A stretch of 64,000 nt of DNA from contig CDROCS010000506.1 of the NCBI GenBank assembly GCA_977020255.1, forward strand, positions 2,604,001 through 2,668,000, read 5' to 3'. The position numbers and the translations under genes were made by a program. The notes below the pieces were generated by a model. The model was not told where the DNA came from. It saw nothing but the letters and a program-made list of their open reading frames with translations, and made no database searches. Every line of letters starts with the position of its first letter. Positions within the stretch are counted from its first letter, which is position 1. Below, piece after piece: positions 43,060-53,016 of the stretch. This stretch comes from Obrimoposthia wandeli. Its lineage: Eukaryota.

Positions 43060-44652
43060 ATGAATATACTATCTATTTGTTTAGTTGCGTTGGGGTTGAT
43101 TTTTTTATCTCAAAGCCTAAAACCAGCAATTAAAATCTGTAAACAAGCGCGCAGCTTGGGTTGGCAGCTATTGCTGTTATTAATTGTTTTTTTCTTTATT
43201 GGCTACTGCTCCTTTCTGTATTATCTAACTACGATAACCACCGTCTCGGTTGTCGAGATCTGTCTGTCGACCATTCTATTTGGCGGTAGTATTTTTGTGT
43301 TTATGGTGATTAACTTTAGCCTCAGCAGTATTGAAGAACTGCATATTATCGCCCAAAAGGAACGCCACAATGCCTTGCATGATTCATTAACCGGTTTACC
43401 TAATAGACTGCATTTTATGGAAACTGTGACGACTAAAGTTGTTGCTGCTGCGCCTTTCTCTGTATTTGTATTAGATTTAAATGACTTTAAGCAAATCAAT
43501 GATGTGGTAGGACACTACTATGGTGATCAACTGCTGATTAAACTATCAAAAAGATTGTCTCGGGCATTACCTGAGGGCTGTTTCTTTTCACGTGTTGGTG
43601 GCGATGAGTTTGTTTTATTGTTTAATGCCATCGAGCTATCAGAGATTCGTGACTTAATGGCAATCATAGATAAAACATTAGTTAAACCATTCAATATCAA
43701 TAGTTATAATTTTAACGTGCGCATTAGTACGGGGATCAGTTTGTTTCCCTACCATAGCAGTACGATAGCGCCGTTATTACAGAAAGCTGATACGGCAATG
43801 TATGAATCGAAAAAGCAGCAGGTGTCTTATCGACTGTACAACGATACATTAGATGATGATGCCAAAGCCCGTCTTGCTATATCAAGTAAGTTACACCTCG
43901 CATTAGCAAAAAATCAATTCCAGCTGTATTACCAGCCGTTGGTAAAATTACAATCGACGAAGGTGCATCATTTTGAAGCCTTGTTACGTTGGCCACAAAC
44001 GGATGGTAGTTTTATTCCGCCAGATCAGTTTATTCCATTGGCCGAGCAAAATGGCACGATTCGTCAAATCACCTTGTGGATTTTAGACACTATCACTCAG
44101 GACTTAGTCGACTTTGCCGCTCAACATATTGATGCGTGTATCCATATCAATCTATCGGCTCTGGACTTGCAAGATGATTACTATTCAACACGACTTTCAG
44201 CGTTGGTTCGCGAAGGCTTATTATCACCCGCGCAGCTGGTATTAGAAGTCACTGAAACGGCTATCATGACGGATATAACCAAAACCCGCGATATTCTGTC
44301 TAAATTATCAGGGCTGGGTTTTCGTATTAGCCTGGATGATTTTGGTACCGGCTTTTCATCAATGTCTATTTTGCGAGAGTTGCCGATTAACCAAATTAAG
44401 ATTGACCGTTCTTTTGTGATGGCGATGCATAACGGCAATACTAATAATGCCATTGTCCGTTCTATTATTTTCCTTGCGAAAAATCTAGGCTGTAGTGTGG
44501 TAGCTGAAGGGGTAGAAACCAAAGCGATTGCTGCGGAACTGACATTGCTAAAATGTGATTACTTACAAGGCTATTACTACAGCAAACCGTTACCATTAGC
44601 GTCGTTGTTGCCTTATTGCGAGCAGCAAGGTTGGAAAGTGACATTGCAGTAG
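43060..44652 (+). CDS. Membrane-anchored GGDEF-EAL protein
   Basis: Three N-terminal TMs; HDSLTGLPNR, LDLNDFK, RVGGDEF; FEALLRW, DDFGTGFSS, KIDRSF, EGVE. Confidence 0.95.
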   Translation: MNILSICLVALGLIFLSQSLKPAIKICKQARSLGWQLLLLLIVFFFIGYCSFLYYLTTITTVSVVEICLSTILFGGSIFVFMVINFSLSSIEELHIIAQKERHNALHDSLTGLPNRLHFMETVTTKVVAAAPFSVFVLDLNDFKQINDVVGHYYGDQLLIKLSKRLSRALPEGCFFSRVGGDEFVLLFNAIELSEIRDLMAIIDKTLVKPFNINSYNFNVRISTGISLFPYHSSTIAPLLQKADTAMYESKKQQVSYRLYNDTLDDDAKARLAISSKLHLALAKNQFQLYYQPLVKLQSTKVHHFEALLRWPQTDGSFIPPDQFIPLAEQNGTIRQITLWILDTITQDLVDFAAQHIDACIHINLSALDLQDDYYSTRLSALVREGLLSPAQLVLEVTETAIMTDITKTRDILSKLSGLGFRISLDDFGTGFSSMSILRELPINQIKIDRSFVMAMHNGNTNNAIVRSIIFLAKNLGCSVVAEGVETKAIAAELTLLKCDYLQGYYYSKPLPLASLLPYCEQQGWKVTLQ

Positions 44653-44664
44653 CAATCATCGTTC

Positions 44665-44684
44665 AGTAAGTAAGTAAGTAAGTA
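44665..44684. repeat. (AGTA)5 microsatellite
   Basis: agtaagtaagtaagtaagta. Confidence 0.9.
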
Positions 44685-44705
44685 GGTCATTAAAAATTAA
44701 AAATT

Positions 44706-44742
44706 AAAAAGGGCGTTAACCGATAAAGTTAACGCCCTTTTT
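44706..44742. terminator. Bidirectional terminator between the GGDEF-EAL gene and thyA
   Basis: aaaaagggcgttaac-cgataaa-gttaacgcccttttt. Confidence 0.9.
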
Positions 44743-44784
44743 CTCTTTATGGTTGGCGATCTTAATCACTGACCATGAAAAGAG

Positions 44785-45636
44785 TTATACCGAAAATGGG
44801 TACTTGATTGCATCGTGGTGTTGATAATCAGACACTTCAAAATCAGCCATCGTTACCCAAGTTTCTAAATCTTCTAATGTCTTAATTTTTGGGTTGATGT
44901 GTAGCTTAGGCAGTGGCAATGGCTCACGTTTTAATTGCACGTCACGCATCAATTCTAGCTGGTCTTCATAAATATGTGCATTAACAATCTTATGGTATGC
45001 CTGACCGGCTTTATGGCCTGTTATTTGGGCTACTAGCGCTAATAATACGTGCACTTGTACCATATTGAAGTTTAAGCCTAGCGGCACGTCACATGAACGC
45101 TGTGTGCTGTTTAGGTATAGCGTATCACCAAGTAGTGAAAAGTGATGGCTGTACATGCATGGGCGTAAACAACCCAGTTCAAATGCACCTGGATTGAAGA
45201 AGGTTAAGATCTCGCCGCGGTTATCAATACCGTTCGTTAAGTCATCAATGATTTGGCGTAATAGATCGACAGTGCCGCCTTGTGGTTTTGCCCAGTTACG
45301 TGCGCAGGCGCCGTAGACATAACCCATGTCATCTTCACCTTTACGGTGTGGGCTTGCTAACCAAACGGCGTTGTCATTGGCATTGGCATCCCAAGTTTTA
45401 GTGCCTAATGCGCGAAAATCAGCGGCGTTATCATAACCACGGATGTAACCAATGATTTCGGCAATTGCTGATTTCCAAAAGCTTTTACGGGTAGTGACTA
45501 ATGGGAATTCATTATTGGCTACGTCATAAGTGAGATCAGCATTGATTACGGTTAAACAGCGTTTTCCGGTACGTTCATTCTCGACCCAAACACCTTCGTT
45601 CACTATTCTGTTACATAAATCAAGATACTGTTTCAC
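44785..45636 (-). CDS. thyA: Thymidylate synthase
   Basis: [39 protein letters not shown]. Confidence 0.98.
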   Translation of the reverse strand: MKQYLDLCNRIVNEGVWVENERTGKRCLTVINADLTYDVANNEFPLVTTRKSFWKSAIAEIIGYIRGYDNAADFRALGTKTWDANANDNAVWLASPHRKGEDDMGYVYGACARNWAKPQGGTVDLLRQIIDDLTNGIDNRGEILTFFNPGAFELGCLRPCMYSHHFSLLGDTLYLNSTQRSCDVPLGLNFNMVQVHVLLALVAQITGHKAGQAYHKIVNAHIYEDQLELMRDVQLKREPLPLPKLHINPKIKTLEDLETWVTMADFEVSDYQHHDAIKYPFSV

Positions 45637-45774
45637 TGTGTTAACCCTTCGATGGATAAATTAAAAAATCGACGGATTTTGACATATTTAGGACAGTTAA
45701 TCAAAAATAAGAAACTATCGCTGACCTGATTAACCACAATCCCTTTGCGATCGTAACAGGGGAATAAATGATCA

Positions 45775-47514
45775 TCAGGTGTGTTCGAGTTGCAGTGCGT
45801 CTGCGTTAAAGCGTTTTTTATTCTTATCAGTAAACTGGGTCAGGTCTAATACGATCAAGCCATCGATGCAATGATTGAAACTGGGGTCAATATTGAAATC
45901 AAAAATCTGCACGCCACCGGGTTTACATAACTTGGTATATTGCTTAAACAAGGTCGGCACACTAAAGCCCATATGATTAAGCTGGGCCTTTAAAATGACC
46001 ATGCCTGATTCGGTATCGGTATTAGCGAATAAGTCGGTTAAACGTAAGCTGGCTTGTTCTGATAAGCGAAATGGCATGGTCGCCGTGGCAACATTACTCG
46101 GATTACCGTAGAAGTGCTGATAGTAATATACCAGTAGTTCTTTAGCGGGTTGCGAATAGCTGTTACTGATACTGACCGTACCAAACAGATAGCGGCTGCC
46201 ACTGTGCTGAATAATGTATTCCATGATCCCTTGCCATAAATACTCTAGGCAACGAGTTCCCCAGTATTTAGGCTGAATAAAGCTACGACCAAGTTCTATG
46301 CCTGATGTCAGGTAAGGGTTCATTGCTGGTTGATAGTCAAACAAGGTGGCGCTGTAGAGCTGTTGCTGTACCTTGGCTAAATCGACTTTATTGGTCTCTA
46401 ATAACCGATAAGCACCGATCAATTCCAGTGCTTCATCATCCCACAGTAGAATATGGACATACGAGTTATCATAGATGTCGACATCGCGGCGTTCGCCCGT
46501 GCCTTCACCGACTAAACGGAATGATTCTTCTCGCAAGCGACCTATTTCACGCATAATGGTTGAGTTAGCCTGATGGCGATAGCAATAAATCTGTTTGCCA
46601 TCACGGCTATCACTGAGCTTTTGACAAGCGTGTATCTCACTGCGCAATAAGGCTTTGTTTTCAGGGTGTGCAATGGCTGATTGGGTATTGAAAATAGACG
46701 GTTTATCTTTGGTTAAGCGGTATAGATGTTTGCGAAACAGTGCTGTTTTGGTATTAATCGGTAAATCTAACGCTTGATAAGTATCGTAGTTAATCTGTTC
46801 ACCAATGCGAATCGACACCGAGTTATGCGCATGTTTAAACATTTCGCGAATTAACCACAGGGTGGATATCGGTTTTGATAGCATGGATAAGCTATAGAAA
46901 AACAACGAGTTTTTAGCATTGATATAAATAGGGATGATAGGGGCTTGCACGCTGCTGGCGATACGTAAGAAACCATTACGCCACTTACCGTCTTTAACGC
47001 CCTGTGGGCTAATACGTGAAACTTCACCCGCCGGAAACATGATTACCACACCTTCATTTTTAAGGTGGTTATTAATGGCTTTTAAACGTTGACTGGCTGT
47101 CCCGCCATTCATATTATCGACCGGTAATAAATAATCGTGTACTGGCTTGATGATCATCAGCATATCATTGGCGACGACTTTCACGTCTGGACGCACTTTG
47201 CTGACCATTTTCAGCAGTGCCATACCATCGAGAGTACCTATCGGGTGATTGGCGATGATCACGGCTTTACCTGTTGCTGGAATACGCTCTATTTCATTGG
47301 GGCGTACTGAATAGCTAAAACTAAAGTGCTCGAATACTTGTTCAATAAATTCGATACCAGTGAGGTGGGCATAGGTTTCGCCAAACTGCCGTAATTCACG
47401 TTCGTGGAACAGTAATCTGAGTGTCGCTAACATAGGTTTGGCGATAAGACGGGTGCTTTTCTTTTGAAAAAAATCGGGGTAACGTTGGTTTATTTCGGCT
47501 TCTACGTTGAGCAT
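45775..47514 (-). CDS. olsF: Bifunctional acyltransferase (PlsC-like plus GNAT), OlsF-type ornithine/aminolipid synthase
   Basis: N-terminal domain NHPIGTLDG and FPAGEVSR; C-terminal domain EIGRLREESFR, DVDIYD, ELGRSF, PTLFKQY, DPSFNHCIDGL. Confidence 0.75.
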   Translation of the reverse strand: MLNVEAEINQRYPDFFQKKSTRLIAKPMLATLRLLFHERELRQFGETYAHLTGIEFIEQVFEHFSFSYSVRPNEIERIPATGKAVIIANHPIGTLDGMALLKMVSKVRPDVKVVANDMLMIIKPVHDYLLPVDNMNGGTASQRLKAINNHLKNEGVVIMFPAGEVSRISPQGVKDGKWRNGFLRIASSVQAPIIPIYINAKNSLFFYSLSMLSKPISTLWLIREMFKHAHNSVSIRIGEQINYDTYQALDLPINTKTALFRKHLYRLTKDKPSIFNTQSAIAHPENKALLRSEIHACQKLSDSRDGKQIYCYRHQANSTIMREIGRLREESFRLVGEGTGERRDVDIYDNSYVHILLWDDEALELIGAYRLLETNKVDLAKVQQQLYSATLFDYQPAMNPYLTSGIELGRSFIQPKYWGTRCLEYLWQGIMEYIIQHSGSRYLFGTVSISNSYSQPAKELLVYYYQHFYGNPSNVATATMPFRLSEQASLRLTDLFANTDTESGMVILKAQLNHMGFSVPTLFKQYTKLCKPGGVQIFDFNIDPSFNHCIDGLIVLDLTQFTDKNKKRFNADALQLEHT

Positions 47515-47545
47515 AATCTTCATCCTTTAGATTATTGATGGCTTT

Positions 47546-47601
47546 ATCATAGAAGTCGAAGATGACATTTTTAGTGGTTTTTTATGGCAATTACATGACC
47601 C
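47546..47601 (-). promoter_or_regulatory. Putative PhoB (PHO-box) promoter of olsF
   Basis: Minus strand GGGTCAT-gtaa-TTGCCAT-aaaa-AACCACT-aaaa-ATGTCAT (11-bp period, 47601-47562), then 10 nt, then TATGAT (47551-47546). Confidence 0.65.
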
Positions 47602-47634
47602 GTCAATGGTCAATCAGCATGGTCCGTTAAAAAT

Positions 47635-48444
47635 TTATTCGGCGAGCCAGTCGATGATCTTCTGACAAACCCAGCCCCCGTCATCAAGGGGTAAATCATG
47701 ACCAGCAGTGGGATGATAATGAATTGGACACCGCCATTGTGTTGCAATAGCAGTGCTGCAACGTACATCTACGAGCTTATCCTGTGTGCTAGCGAGTAAC
47801 AAAATCGCTTTAATCGGCGGCTGCGCTGGTGGACTAAAACGGCTGGCAGCATACAACTGACGTAAGGCATTCTGGCGGCTTACCGGTTGTTGCTCTGCGT
47901 AATCGGCCCAACGTTGCGCCAATGCTTGATGACTGTTTCTGTGTTGGCTATAACTGGTCATCGTTAAAATGGCTTGTTCTTGTTGCAAAGGTGAACTGGT
48001 TAAAACCTTCAGCAGCGTGGGGATGTTATGCGGTTTTAAACGCTGATAAATAGGGCTGAAATGTTTGAAACTGGTATTGATAAACACCATCCGCTGGATC
48101 TCATTGGGAAAATGTTTTGCCCATTCACTGCATATCATGCCTCCCATCGAAATACCCAATAATCGAATCGGATAACTCACGTGAGGATGTTGCTGTCTAA
48201 ACGCATTCCGCAGTCGTCGCATGATGCCTGTGATTGAACTTGGTGTTGTCGCTTGCCATTGCTGGCCTGTACCAGCGATATCACAGCATAAAACTTGGCT
48301 ATTGAGTCGTAGGGCTAGTTGGGACGGAAACGCCTCCCAGTGTCGCTGTTGTCGATATAAGCCACGGACTAATAACCACGTTGATGTTGTATTTATCGTT
48401 GTTGACGGATTACTCTGTGTACCAGAGCGAGGTTGCATCGGCAT
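47635..48444 (-). CDS. Alpha/beta-fold hydrolase (esterase/lipase-like)
   Basis: LVRGL oxyanion segment, nucleophile GISMGG, acid QDKLV, base AGHDLP. Confidence 0.88.
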   Translation of the reverse strand: MPMQPRSGTQSNPSTTINTTSTWLLVRGLYRQQRHWEAFPSQLALRLNSQVLCCDIAGTGQQWQATTPSSITGIMRRLRNAFRQQHPHVSYPIRLLGISMGGMICSEWAKHFPNEIQRMVFINTSFKHFSPIYQRLKPHNIPTLLKVLTSSPLQQEQAILTMTSYSQHRNSHQALAQRWADYAEQQPVSRQNALRQLYAASRFSPPAQPPIKAILLLASTQDKLVDVRCSTAIATQWRCPIHYHPTAGHDLPLDDGGWVCQKIIDWLAE

Positions 48445-49450
48445 GGTTACGTTCCTTGTTGAGTTGCGGCAGCCAGTGGTTATAAGATCCAGTTACCTTG
48501 ATTAAAAACTCCATGAGTACATGGTGCTGTCGCAATACCCGTTTAATACGATGGGGCTCAATAGGGTGGAAAATACCACTGGATTGGAATACCTGCAGTG
48601 GGTTCTTTTTGATCCAAGTCCAAGACCCCATTTCTAATGTGAGCGGCAGAAAGGTGGTATTGAGTGTAAGCGATTGGTCGTATAAATAATCCCATAAATC
48701 ACCGTGCGTCATGTAATTTCTAGCCTGTGGCTCAAACACATAATCTTGATGAGGGTAGGTTTCGATAAGCATTTTTCGTAGTTTAAATATCTCGGCAAGG
48801 TGGGGGATAGGTTGCTTCGATTTTGCATACGGAAACCAAATCTGGTTATTAAAGCCAAAACCAGAATGGCAATCGAGGGCAATACTAAACGGCGCTGTGA
48901 GTAGCTGTTGCTTCATATGCTCAACAAGTACCCGTGATTCATGCTCCATTGGCTTGCCTTTTTTACCTCGATACCAAGGTAAAATATGACTAATACGTTG
49001 CCCACCAACCAGCCAAGGTACAGTGCCGACCGCATCTACTGGCGCATTACGCATCAAATCGATGCCATTACCGTTGGCGCGACTATTGTTTAACATGCCG
49101 ATGGGATTCATCAATGGCAGAAACACTAACCTGACTTGTTTGAGCTCTTGGTGTAGCGATTGATCCCACTTTAGTCGGTGAATAAGACTTTCAAATAAGG
49201 CCAAGATAACCTGAGTGCCGATACGCTCGACACCGTGGATGCCACCAATAAAAGCGACAACCGGTACATTGGGACCGTGTGAACCCATGCTCACCGAATA
49301 AAGCGGGTAGCTTGAGTTCTGATGGGATACATGAGCTAAAACTTCGCTATGCAGGTGTTTACCACCTAGTTCGATTAACGCTTCGAGCTGAACGAGTTCG
49401 GGCAATGCTTGTTGTTGTTGTTGTTGTTGTTGTTGTTGGTTCAATGGCAT
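48410..49450 (-). CDS. M14-family zinc carboxypeptidase / AstE-AspA-like amidohydrolase with N-terminal polyQ
   Basis: GGIHGVE (HxxE), NPIG...SRANGNGIDLMRN, DCHSG, catalytic TLEMG; no signal peptide. Confidence 0.85.
   Translation of the reverse strand: MPLNQQQQQQQQQQALPELVQLEALIELGGKHLHSEVLAHVSHQNSSYPLYSVSMGSHGPNVPVVAFIGGIHGVERIGTQVILALFESLIHRLKWDQSLHQELKQVRLVFLPLMNPIGMLNNSRANGNGIDLMRNAPVDAVGTVPWLVGGQRISHILPWYRGKKGKPMEHESRVLVEHMKQQLLTAPFSIALDCHSGFGFNNQIWFPYAKSKQPIPHLAEIFKLRKMLIETYPHQDYVFEPQARNYMTHGDLWDYLYDQSLTLNTTFLPLTLEMGSWTWIKKNPLQVFQSSGIFHPIEPHRIKRVLRQHHVLMEFLIKVTGSYNHWLPQLNKERNHADATSLWYTE
49409..49438 (-). repeat. (CAA)10 in-frame trinucleotide repeat (polyQ)
   Basis: ttg x10 on the + strand; MPLNQQQQQQQQQQAL. 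Confidence 0.97.
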
Positions 49451-49617
49451 GAATAATTACCTAAATAGGATGATTAAAACAATTAATGCATACCAATATA
49501 GCGAATTTAATAAATTTAAAGGTTAAACCTTTATGAATTTTCTATACTAAATCAATGTGGTTGATACTTTGAATATTTATTCATTACGACTACCTAATAA
49601 CAAGCAAGGAGGCTGAA

Positions 49618-50829
49618 ATGTATAAATCGTTAACGCAATTTTTACGTACTGAATCGTCAGGTGGCGTATTACTGATTATCGCCGCAGTATTAGCGATGAT
49701 CGTTGCTAACTCACCATTCTCGGAACTGTATCTGAATTTTTTACACACCGAGATGCAAATTCGAGTGGCAGATATTGATATTAATAAATCATTCAGTCAT
49801 TGGATTAATGACGGCTTGATGGCGGTGTTTTTCTTATTAATTGGGTTGGAAGTTAAACAAGAACTGGTGGAAGGTGCACTGGCGAGTCGTAAAAAATCCC
49901 TGTTTCCTATCATTGCTGCAGTGGGTGGTATGTTTGCGCCAGCCTTGGTGTATTTAAGTTTTAATGGGGTTAACCCGGAAGCTGTTAAAGGTTGGGCTAT
50001 ACCTGCTGCAACGGATATCGCGTTTGCATTAGGGGTATTGTCATTGTTGGGTAAGCGCGTGCCGCTGAATCTGAAAATATTCTTATTGGCGCTCGCGATC
50101 ATCGATGATTTGGGGGTGATTATCATCATCGCCTTGTTTTATACCGCCGAGATGTCGGTACTCTCGTTGACGTTAGCTTGCGCTTGTATCAGCGTATTGT
50201 GGTTGATGCACCGTTACAATGTCATGAGTTTAACCCCGTATTTAATTGTTGGCGCACTGCTGTGGGTGGCGGTATTAAAATCAGGCGTGCACGCGACACT
50301 GGCTGGTGTGGTGATTGGTTTTGCCATTCCAATGTACCGCCAAGATAACAAAAATGATGTTGAAAACCCGCATTCGCCAGCGAAAACACTCGCTCGTTGG
50401 TTACACCCTTGGACAAAATATTACATCTTACCGCTGTTCGCGTTTGCCAATGCCGGCGTATCGTTAACCAATATTCAATTCAGTGACATAACATCGGCAT
50501 TGCCAATCGGTGTGGCGTTGGGGCTATTCATTGGTAAACCTTTAGGTATCTTTACGATTAGTTGGTTGGCGGTGAAGTTTAAAATTGCGACATTACCGGA
50601 AGGCGTTAACTTTAAACAGATTTTTGCTGTGTCAGTGCTGTGTGGGATTGGTTTTACGATGTCGATGTTTATTACGTCACTCGCGTTTACCGATCCGGTG
50701 ATGGCTGATCTGTCTCGACTGGGAATATTGATGGGATCTACGTTGGCCGCTGTCGTGGGTTATTATCTACTTGCTTGTGCGACAACAACAAAAAATGCGG
50801 TGGGAATTGATGAAGAAGCGCCTGGATAG
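49618..50829 (+). CDS. nhaA: Na+/H+ antiporter NhaA
   Basis: [56 protein letters not shown]. Confidence 0.98.
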   Translation: MYKSLTQFLRTESSGGVLLIIAAVLAMIVANSPFSELYLNFLHTEMQIRVADIDINKSFSHWINDGLMAVFFLLIGLEVKQELVEGALASRKKSLFPIIAAVGGMFAPALVYLSFNGVNPEAVKGWAIPAATDIAFALGVLSLLGKRVPLNLKIFLLALAIIDDLGVIIIIALFYTAEMSVLSLTLACACISVLWLMHRYNVMSLTPYLIVGALLWVAVLKSGVHATLAGVVIGFAIPMYRQDNKNDVENPHSPAKTLARWLHPWTKYYILPLFAFANAGVSLTNIQFSDITSALPIGVALGLFIGKPLGIFTISWLAVKFKIATLPEGVNFKQIFAVSVLCGIGFTMSMFITSLAFTDPVMADLSRLGILMGSTLAAVVGYYLLACATTTKNAVGIDEEAPG

Positions 50830-50874
50830 GCTGACATTATCACTGATGACAGTGAGGCATTATTTTGTAGATAT

Positions 50875-50901
50875 AAAAAAACCAGCCAAAGCTGGTTTTT
50901 T
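50875..50901. terminator. Bidirectional terminator between nhaA and rpsT
   Basis: aaaaaaaccagc-caaa-gctggtttttt. Confidence 0.9.
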
Positions 50902-50923
50902 CATTATCGTATTAAAGCAATAA

Positions 50924-51184
50924 TTAAAGTGCTTTGATCTTAGCAGAAAGACGGCTCTTAACACGAGCTGCTTTGTTTGCGTGGATCAGGCCTTTAGTAG
51001 CCATACGATCAAGAATCGGTTGTGCAGCAATAAATGCAGCAGTCGCTTCTTCTTTATTACCAGCAGCGATAGCTACTAGAATTTTCTTAGTCAGTGTACG
51101 CATCATTGAACGGCGTGAAGTGTTGTGCTTGCGACGTTTTTCAGATTGAATTGCGCGTTTTTTAGCAGACTTGATATTAGCCAA
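50924..51184 (-). CDS. rpsT: 30S ribosomal protein S20
   Basis: [18 protein letters not shown]...[13 protein letters not shown]. Confidence 0.99.
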   Translation of the reverse strand: MANIKSAKKRAIQSEKRRKHNTSRRSMMRTLTKKILVAIAAGNKEEATAAFIAAQPILDRMATKGLIHANKAARVKSRLSAKIKAL

Positions 51185-51231
51185 GGTCCTACTCCTAAAT
51201 GTCTAAAGACGTTAATTTTATAAAGGCGAGG

Positions 51232-51260
51232 AATATGCCTTGCCTAACGAAATTTGTCAA
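51232..51260 (-). promoter_or_regulatory. rpsT sigma70 promoter
   Basis: Minus strand TTGACA (51260-51255), 17-nt spacer, CATATT (51237-51232), then GC-rich cctcgcc. Confidence 0.75.
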
Positions 51261-51383
51261 TATTTTTGTGTAAATAACAGGCAAAATATTGGCAACTAAC
51301 TGCAATGACAGTTAAGATGTGGGACATATTTTAGCAGCAAATGCGGCTCACGAATAGGGCTTGATTGACATAAAAGGTATTTC

Positions 51384-52943
51384 TTGAGTAATAAATTAAT
51401 AAAATCTGGTCTTATCGTCAGTTCGATGACCATGATCTCACGTATTTTAGGACTGGTTCGAGATGTTATCGTTGCAAACTTGATGGGAGCAGGTGCGGCA
51501 GCCGATGTTTTCTTCTTTGCGAATAAAATCCCTAATTTCTTACGTCGTCTTTTCGCTGAAGGTGCATTCGCACAAGCTTTTGTGCCTGTTTTGACCGAAT
51601 ATCAACAAACAGGCGATAAACAAAAGGTACAACAGTTAATCGCCTCGGTATCGGGTACCTTAGGGGTATTAGTCACAATTGTTACCTTGTTTGGGGTAAT
51701 TGGCTCACCTCTCATCACTATTTTGTTTGGTGCCGGCTGGTTTGTCGATTGGCTCAATGATGGGCCCGATGCACATAAATTTGAACTCGCTTCATTTATG
51801 TTAAAAATTACTTTCCCTTATTTATGGTTTATTACTTTTACAGCACTTTCTGGTGCTATTTTAAACACCCTCGGTAAGTTTGCTGTTGCGGCCTTTACGC
51901 CGGTATTTTTAAATATCGCGATTATTGGTGCTGCATTGTTCATTTCGCCTCATTTAGAACAGCCTGAAGTTGGCTTGGCTATTGGTGTATTCATCGGTGG
52001 TGCAATTCAGTTTTTATTCCAAATTCCATTTTTAGCAAAACAAAAAATGTTAGTGAAACCACGCTGGGGCTGGCGTGATCCTGGTGTGACTAAAATTAGA
52101 AAATTAATGATACCGGCGATGTTTGGGGTATCAGTAAGCCAAATTAATTTATTGTTTGATACGTTTATTGCGTCATTTTTAATGACGGGTTCGATTAGTT
52201 GGCTGTATTACTCTGACCGTTTACTCGAGTTTCCACTTGGTTTGTTTGGTATTGCGATTGCGACGGTGATTTTACCGGCATTGTCGCGCACCCATTCGGC
52301 AAAGTCAGATACGCAGTTTAAGCAAACCATGGATTGGGGCGTGAGGGTGGTGTTATTACTCGGTACGCCGGCGATGATGGGCATGATTGTGCTTGCTAGC
52401 CCAATGCTTAAAGTACTGTTTATGCGTGGTGAATTTGGTGCTGATGATGTCTCTATGGCGTCAATGAGTTTGATGGCTTATGGTTCTGGCTTACTCAGTT
52501 TCATGCTTATTAAGGTGCTTGCGCCGGGTTATTATGCGCGCCAAGATACCCGTACGCCGGTTAAATTCGGTATCGTCGCGATGATCAGTAATATGGGGTT
52601 TAACATCATTTTAGCTATCCCCTTTGGTTATGTCGGTTTGGCCTTGGCGACCGCGGGTTCGGCGACATTGAATGCGGGCTTGTTGTATTGGGGTTTACAC
52701 AAGGAAGGGGTGTATAAGATCAATGCCGATACCGGTAAAGTGATTGCCAAGCTCTTCTTGTCTGCTAGTTTCATGGCAGGCTTAATTCAATATGCTAACC
52801 CCGATATGCAGCAATGGTATGCCTGGGGATTATTAGACAGCAGTTTATGCCTGTTAGGCTTAATTGGATTGGCCGTAATAAGCTATTTTATGGCGTTATT
52901 ACTGCTTGGTTTACGCCCGCGACATTTTAAAATTATTGACTGA
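51384..52943 (+). CDS. murJ: Lipid II flippase MurJ (MviN)
   Basis: SRILGLVRD, PNFLRRLFAEGAF, RLLEFPLG, PGYYARQDTRTP. Confidence 0.98.
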   Translation: MSNKLIKSGLIVSSMTMISRILGLVRDVIVANLMGAGAAADVFFFANKIPNFLRRLFAEGAFAQAFVPVLTEYQQTGDKQKVQQLIASVSGTLGVLVTIVTLFGVIGSPLITILFGAGWFVDWLNDGPDAHKFELASFMLKITFPYLWFITFTALSGAILNTLGKFAVAAFTPVFLNIAIIGAALFISPHLEQPEVGLAIGVFIGGAIQFLFQIPFLAKQKMLVKPRWGWRDPGVTKIRKLMIPAMFGVSVSQINLLFDTFIASFLMTGSISWLYYSDRLLEFPLGLFGIAIATVILPALSRTHSAKSDTQFKQTMDWGVRVVLLLGTPAMMGMIVLASPMLKVLFMRGEFGADDVSMASMSLMAYGSGLLSFMLIKVLAPGYYARQDTRTPVKFGIVAMISNMGFNIILAIPFGYVGLALATAGSATLNAGLLYWGLHKEGVYKINADTGKVIAKLFLSASFMAGLIQYANPDMQQWYAWGLLDSSLCLLGLIGLAVISYFMALLLLGLRPRHFKIID

Positions 52944-53016
52944 GTACAAATTGTTGCTGACCCTGTGCGTTGACTAAGTTATAATTTGTCGTTTTAGTGG
53001 AATAGTTGGCAAAGAC

